Source of the DNA: Promethearchaeota archaeon
GTDB lineage: Archaea > Asgardarchaeota > Lokiarchaeia > Sigyniarchaeales > SOKP01
NCBI GenBank assembly: GCA_019057865.1
Contig: JAHLWP010000054.1
Coordinates: 1-20,069 of the forward strand
Direction: 5' to 3'
Length of the DNA stretch: 20,069 nt
Numbering within the stretch: the stretch's first letter is position 1; the number at the start of each line of letters is the position of its first letter. The notes beneath the pieces are model-generated. The model saw only the letters and a program-made list of their open reading frames with translations, was not told where the DNA came from and searched no databases. This document shows positions 15,401-20,069 of this stretch, piece by piece. The translations under genes and the position numbers were made by a program.

Positions 15401-15934
15401 ATGATATGGGTAACTAGAGATTATGTACATATAGATAGAGTAGCCAGCCCGTGGTTAATTAAAAGATTTGTTGATAAGCGTGCCCAATTTATTTTTCTCC
15501 CTCGCGATGAAATATCTGATTTTGTGGCGAAAACTGGGGCAATTCCATTTGATACTGCTGGTTTAGGGGTAGAACTTGATCATCATGTTTGCAATGATGA
15601 AAAGCACTGTACATTCGATGCCATCGTAGAAAAATTTAAGTTAGAAACCGATGAAGCTTTACAAAGAGTTAGGAAAATTGTAAGAGCAGCAGATACTGGA
15701 GGTATAAAAGAAGAACCCCTCGCATGGGCTTTAGAAGTTATAGCAGTTGGAACACCAATTTTAGTGGATTCAGATCAGGAAGCATTGGAAAAGGAATTTC
15801 CAGTTTATGACGCAGTATACGCATATTTCCAACAACAAATAATTCGTGAAAAATATAAAGATGAATTAGAGAAATTCAAAACTCGAGGAGAAAAACTGGC
15901 ATTCATTAAACAAAAATTAAACAAATTACAATGA
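15401..15934 (+). CDS. Chromate resistance ChrB C-terminal domain protein (ChrF-like stand-alone)
   Basis: WVTR...IDRVASPWLIKRFVD..AQF.F, GAIPFD, H...CTFD and DEAL..VR.IV..AD match the ChrB_C pattern. Confidence 0.8.
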   Translation: MIWVTRDYVHIDRVASPWLIKRFVDKRAQFIFLPRDEISDFVAKTGAIPFDTAGLGVELDHHVCNDEKHCTFDAIVEKFKLETDEALQRVRKIVRAADTGGIKEEPLAWALEVIAVGTPILVDSDQEALEKEFPVYDAVYAYFQQQIIREKYKDELEKFKTRGEKLAFIKQKLNKLQ

Positions 15935-17148
15935 CTAGAACAATAGCAGATAAAAAAGAATACAACAACCTAAAATTTGGCTATTTTTTTATTATAAGTT
16001 TTATTGGATTTTTTGCGATTTTTAGTTCCACCATGTCCAAGAGTCCAATTCTGCCCCTCTTTGCGGAATCTTTAATGGCATCTGAATTTGAGATGCAATT
16101 TATTGGTTATGTTATTGCGGCTTCTACCATACCAGGAATTTTAGTTAGTGTGATCGCCGGTCGATTATCAGATGTGTATGGACGAAAAAAACTTATTCTA
16201 ATTTCAACAGCTATATTTGCTAGTGCTCCCTTTTTTTATCTTTTTGCGACTAACATTTGGATATTGATGGTTATTCGATTCTATCATGGTTTTTCAACAG
16301 CAATTTTCGTTCCCGTTGCGATTGCAGCTATTGCAGAATCGTATCCAGAAAAAAAAGGAAAATACATTTCCTCCTTTTCTTCAATAACGCTTGTGGGACG
16401 TTTTCTAGCACCTATAACTGGTGGAGTAATACTTTACATCACAAGCTATTATTATTATGGTGTTTATCTTGGATGCGCGTGTTCAGGAATTATGGCTTTT
16501 ATACTTACATTGTTTCTTTATCGAACACGACGCCATCATACTGAACACGTACAAGTAGCTGGCAAGAGTTCACTCACAATAAAAGAATTTTTAAAAGGGA
16601 TTAAAGAAGTGGTGAAGCATAAAGTCATCTTAACAACCAGCATCGTTCAAGCTAGCCAATATTTTGCATATGGGATCATAGAAGCCTATGTGATCCTATA
16701 CGCTGATTCTCTTCACTTTGATGCCTGGATAATTGGATTACTTCCAGCAATCTTAATCTTGATGTTAGGTGTATTTAATCCTCTCATGGGATCCTTTTCG
16801 GACAAGGTGGGACGCCGTTCAATTATTATCACTGGCCTTCTCCTAGGAGGAGGAGTATCATTATTGATACCATTTATTACCAATTATTTATGGTTTATCT
16901 TGATACTCTGCGGTTTTGGAATCGGTATGGCCATGGTTATATCCTCTACAGCCGCTCACGTATCAGACTATTCTAAAAAAAAAGATTATGGAACAGCAAT
17001 CGGAGTTCTAAGCACAATTATGGATATAGGACAGACTATTGGTCCTATTCTAAGTGGATATGTCTTAATTGTTCTTTCCTTTGGAGGCGTTTTTTCGATG
17101 GTTGGCGTTGTACTACTAGCATCAGCTCTCATCTTTTCTTTTTCTTGA
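15931..17148 (+). CDS. MFS transporter (DHA1-like)
   Basis: About 12 hydrophobic segments, motif A twice (GRLSDVYGRK, GSFSDKVGRR), RFYHG motif B. ATGA overlap with the ChrB-domain gene. Confidence 0.92.
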   Translation: MTRTIADKKEYNNLKFGYFFIISFIGFFAIFSSTMSKSPILPLFAESLMASEFEMQFIGYVIAASTIPGILVSVIAGRLSDVYGRKKLILISTAIFASAPFFYLFATNIWILMVIRFYHGFSTAIFVPVAIAAIAESYPEKKGKYISSFSSITLVGRFLAPITGGVILYITSYYYYGVYLGCACSGIMAFILTLFLYRTRRHHTEHVQVAGKSSLTIKEFLKGIKEVVKHKVILTTSIVQASQYFAYGIIEAYVILYADSLHFDAWIIGLLPAILILMLGVFNPLMGSFSDKVGRRSIIITGLLLGGGVSLLIPFITNYLWFILILCGFGIGMAMVISSTAAHVSDYSKKKDYGTAIGVLSTIMDIGQTIGPILSGYVLIVLSFGGVFSMVGVVLLASALIFSFS

Positions 17149-17273
17149 AATTTTTTCTTTAATTTAATATAGAGCGATATAGAAATTAAATACGCAATTT
17201 TTTACTGCATCTAAAATTTAATACACTATAGAAACATATAATTAGTTAGATAAGTATTAAGATTATAAAAATT

Positions 17274-17693
17274 ATGAATCTTGGAAAAATTAAAAAAGCT
17301 ATAAGGAAAACATTATCGGAAAAAGAAGAGATAATTGCCTCTTATTTATATGGCTCGTTTATAAATCGTAAATATTTTAGAGATCTTGATGTTGGATTAT
17401 TAATTAATGATACATATAAACCCAATGTTTTATATGAAGCTAGAATATCGGGAGAATTAGAAATTGCTCTAAAACCTATATTCGATAATTTTAAAACCAT
17501 CGATGTCAGAATATTGAATGACAAACCTTTAAGCTTTTTGTTTTCGGTTCTAAAAAATTCAGAATTGATTTTTTCTAAGAATGAGTCAAAAAGAGTTAAA
17601 TTTGAAGCTGATATCATTAAAAAATATCTTGATATTAAACCCCATTATGAATTATATAATAAGATGCGGAGGTTAAGGTATGCAAATAGATAA
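17274..17693 (+). CDS. mntA: Minimal nucleotidyltransferase (MNT) antitoxin, type VII TA
   Basis: YLYGSF-x7-DLDVG and IDVRILND Pol-beta-type motifs; overlaps the downstream HEPN gene by 14 bp. Confidence 0.88.
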   Translation: MNLGKIKKAIRKTLSEKEEIIASYLYGSFINRKYFRDLDVGLLINDTYKPNVLYEARISGELEIALKPIFDNFKTIDVRILNDKPLSFLFSVLKNSELIFSKNESKRVKFEADIIKKYLDIKPHYELYNKMRRLRYANR

Positions 17694-18099
17694 GAATATA
17701 ATTCAAGGGAAAATTGATATAATTGAGAAAGATCTTAACTTCCTAAATGAATATAAGGATAAAGAGGTAGAAGATCTTTTAACAAGTTATAAAGATATCC
17801 AAGCTGTAAAATATTCTCTTTTTGAAATTATTGAAGCTTCAATTGATATGGCGTCTCATATTATATCAGCAAAAGGACTTAAAAGACCTGAAAGTTATGC
17901 TGAAATGTTTGAAATCCTTGGTAAACAAAATTTAATTAATATGAATTTAAGTAGAAAGTTATCCGAAATGGCTAGATTTAGAAATATTTTGGTTCATAGT
18001 TATGCTGAAGTAGATAATTCCAAAATTTTAAACTATGTTAAGGAAGAATTAAAAGATGTTGAGGATTATATTATAAATCTATTAGAATTAATTAAATGA
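17680..18099 (+). CDS. hepT: HEPN (DUF86) ribonuclease toxin, type VII TA
   Basis: IEASIDMASH and FRNILVHSY (R-x4-H-x-Y, including the Tyr adenylylated by MntA in characterised systems). Confidence 0.9.
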   Translation: MQIDKNIIQGKIDIIEKDLNFLNEYKDKEVEDLLTSYKDIQAVKYSLFEIIEASIDMASHIISAKGLKRPESYAEMFEILGKQNLINMNLSRKLSEMARFRNILVHSYAEVDNSKILNYVKEELKDVEDYIINLLELIK

Positions 18100-18192
18100 T
18101 TTCTCATTTTACAATTTTATTTAACTTAAGATATCATCGAAATAATAGACATTTTCCTGTTCGAGTTCTTCGATATATAATATAAAAAATGA

Positions 18193-18363
18193 AAAATTTA
18201 TTACCAGCACCTGTCGAAGCTGTGTAGCGAGGTGTATCGGCTCTGCAAGAAATATGAAAAGGTGGAGTTTTTTCATATCGACAGGAGTAACCCTTATATA
18301 CATAAGTGTGATGTATTATGTAATGAGCGACTAGATGCTGAAGGAATACAAAAAAATATATGA
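18193..18363 (+). pseudogene. C-terminal fragment of ribonuclease HI family protein
   Basis: Manual translation KIYYQHLSKLCSEVYRLCKKYEKVEFFHIDRSNPYIHKCDVLCNERLDAEGIQKNI* matches the archaeal RNase HI C-terminal pattern (L..L...V..L...F..V.F.H..R..N...D.L.N..LD). In-frame TGA at 18190 and no start codon. Confidence 0.65.
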
Positions 18364-18457
18364 AATAACAGATATAAATCTAAAAAAGTATATTTTTATA
18401 CTTATTTCTCTAATTTGAAATAATATTCAAAGAAGTTTTGAATATGCAAAATTTATT

Positions 18458-18916
18458 TCATACATCAACTATGTTATAATTTCTGTTTTTATTATAAAAA
18501 ACACTAATTGAATCTAAGAGCTCACCCATATTTTTTTGCTCTCGTTTACATAATTGTCTTTCTTTCGGTGCTTGCCAATTTATTACATATTTTCTCCAAT
18601 TAGAATCATTTAATTTTGTGGAATGAAATCCAAAAAATATGAGAATTTCTTTATCATTTACATGACCATTCTCGTCTTCAATAACAAAATGAGGGACCTC
18701 ATGTAAATATGTCCTTCCAGCGATCATATAAGAAAGTAAAGAATGGTGTCCATCGAATAGGACCCATTCCGATTGCTTTGTCTTTACTAATTTAATATTT
18801 GGCAATCCACGTGGAGATAGGATATCTTTTCCAGATTTTATTTGTTTAACCATTGTTCTTATCTGGTTCATGCTTTTAATGCCATTAATATTATGGAGGT
18901 TTATAATTTCTCTCAA
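18458..18916 (-). CDS. Hypothetical protein with ParB/sulfiredoxin-like DGHH motif; true 5' end uncertain
   Basis: LPNIKLV...WVLFDGHHSLLSY resembles ParB/Srx DGHHR. The frame stays open upstream to 19093 without ATG, GTG or TTG. Confidence 0.55.
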   Translation of the reverse strand: MREIINLHNINGIKSMNQIRTMVKQIKSGKDILSPRGLPNIKLVKTKQSEWVLFDGHHSLLSYMIAGRTYLHEVPHFVIEDENGHVNDKEILIFFGFHSTKLNDSNWRKYVINWQAPKERQLCKREQKNMGELLDSISVFYNKNRNYNIVDV

Positions 18917-19317
18917 TAAAACTAGTTTTTTAACTTCTTTAATTGTCTCTTTTATTTTTGAACCTAATCCTTTTTCATACTGATCTACAGTATCATAAAT
19001 GGTATTGCTTTTATTTCTTAAATAAACTTTTAATGATGAAATGCAAGTTAAATTTCCATCTTTAGATTTATACGGATTATTAGTTTCACGAATCTATAAT
19101 TCATCTGTATTAAAATATTCAAACTAATTTATAAAGCTTTTATGAGTGTTTTAACCAAATATTACTTCTTTCATTAATAATTGATAAATAACTATTCTTA
19201 CAATTAGATTTTTCTAGCTATTCTTTAATAAATTATTAAGAAACACCCTTTCCCTAATAATCAAGAATTTTAGATAATATCCATGAATTAATAAGAAAGA
19301 GTTCGTTATACCAAATT

Positions 19318-20069
19318 ATGGTAATAGTACGAAGGGAAGGAGTTCTTTTAGAAGCAACTGAGAATGAGTTTGAAAATCAGGCTGTATTAAACCCTACGGT
19401 GGTTCAGCAAGGAGATACATTACATATGTTCTATCGTGCTGTAAAAGAAGGAAATTATTCAAGTATTGGTTATTGTAAATTGGAAGGGCCCTTTAAAATC
19501 GTAGAAAGGAGAAATAGTCCTATTTTGTTTCCTGAACATGATTATGAAATGCATGGTACAGAAGATCCTAGAATTGTTTTATTTGATGATACTTATTTCA
19601 TGTTTTACACAGCTTATGATGGAAAAAATGCGTTAATAGCTTATGCTACTAGTAAAGATTTAAAAAATTGGGAAAAGCATGGAATAATTTCAGCTATAAT
19701 GAGATACGATGAAGCAGGGAATTTTTTCCATTTATCAAAACTAAAAGAAAAGTATCATTTCTTTATATCATATTATAAGGATGTCGTTGCCGAAGATGTA
19801 CTCTTATGGGAAAAAGACTCATTCATTTTACCAAAAAAACATAATAATCAGTTTGCACTCTTCCATAGAGTATTACCAGATATTCAAATTGTTTGTTTCG
19901 ATGATTTTAAAGATTTGACAATCGATTTCTGGAAGGATTATCTAAAAACATTAGGCGATCATGTTGTAATGGAGCCAAAATTTGGATTCGAATCAAGAAA
20001 TATCGGTGCTGGAGCACCATTAATAGAAACTGAAAGAGGTTGGCTCATGTTATATCATTCTGTAGAGGA
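19318..20069 (+). CDS. Glycoside hydrolase family 130-like glycosidase/phosphorylase (runs off window end)
   Basis: Not in the ORF track. ATG 19318 gives MVIVRREGVLLEATENEFENQAVLNP...HMFYRAV...SSIGY...HGTEDPRIV...MFYTAYDG...WEKD...LFHR..PDIQ...IGAGAPLIETERGWLMLYH, with no stop seen before the edge. Confidence 0.85.
   Translation, partial: MVIVRREGVLLEATENEFENQAVLNPTVVQQGDTLHMFYRAVKEGNYSSIGYCKLEGPFKIVERRNSPILFPEHDYEMHGTEDPRIVLFDDTYFMFYTAYDGKNALIAYATSKDLKNWEKHGIISAIMRYDEAGNFFHLSKLKEKYHFFISYYKDVVAEDVLLWEKDSFILPKKHNNQFALFHRVLPDIQIVCFDDFKDLTIDFWKDYLKTLGDHVVMEPKFGFESRNIGAGAPLIETERGWLMLYHSVE

Noticed and set aside
16257-16544. 95-aa Cys-containing alternate-frame ORF
   Set aside because: Lies wholly inside the MFS gene in another frame, with no independent support.
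17274-18099. MNT-HEPN pair as a novel defence system
   Set aside because: A canonical, widespread archaeal type VII toxin-antitoxin module; listed as a feature only.
17342-18303. Minus-strand ORFs 17342-17617 and 18121-18303
   Set aside because: Shadows of mntA and of the RNase HI fragment respectively.
19094-19126. Pyrrolysine read-through of two in-frame TAGs upstream of the ParB-like ORF
   Set aside because: Read-through still reaches a TAA without meeting a start codon, and there are no pyl genes in the window.

Overview
Very AT-rich (roughly 30% GC by eye) archaeal window, most likely an Asgard archaeon of the Lokiarchaeia. This rests on a Loki-type 'EFWGHCSN' domain protein, a uDENN/longin-like protein and archaeal TATA-like promoters. 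The core (5.4-11.7 kb) is a co-directional cluster headed by a duplicated palindromic operator/promoter: DUF2284 Cys-rich protein, corrinoid protein with a shortened cap, RACo-type ATP-dependent corrinoid activator, AbrB-like DNA-binding domain fused to an apparently degenerate acyl-CoA ligase, and a DUF6125 protein. No canonical methyltransferase gene is visible in the window. Other features are a back-to-back msrB/msrA deletion scar, a J-domain protein, GNAT, CoA-transferase, alpha/beta hydrolase, a receptor-like membrane protein (DNRLRE ectodomain, TM, Loki domain, Zn ribbon), a small possibly mobile-element-derived divergent wHTH/Zn-finger locus, ChrB-domain plus MFS, an MntA-HepT toxin-antitoxin pair, an RNase HI remnant, a ParB/Srx-like ORF and a 3'-truncated GH130 gene. 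All family assignments come from motif recognition only; no searches were run.
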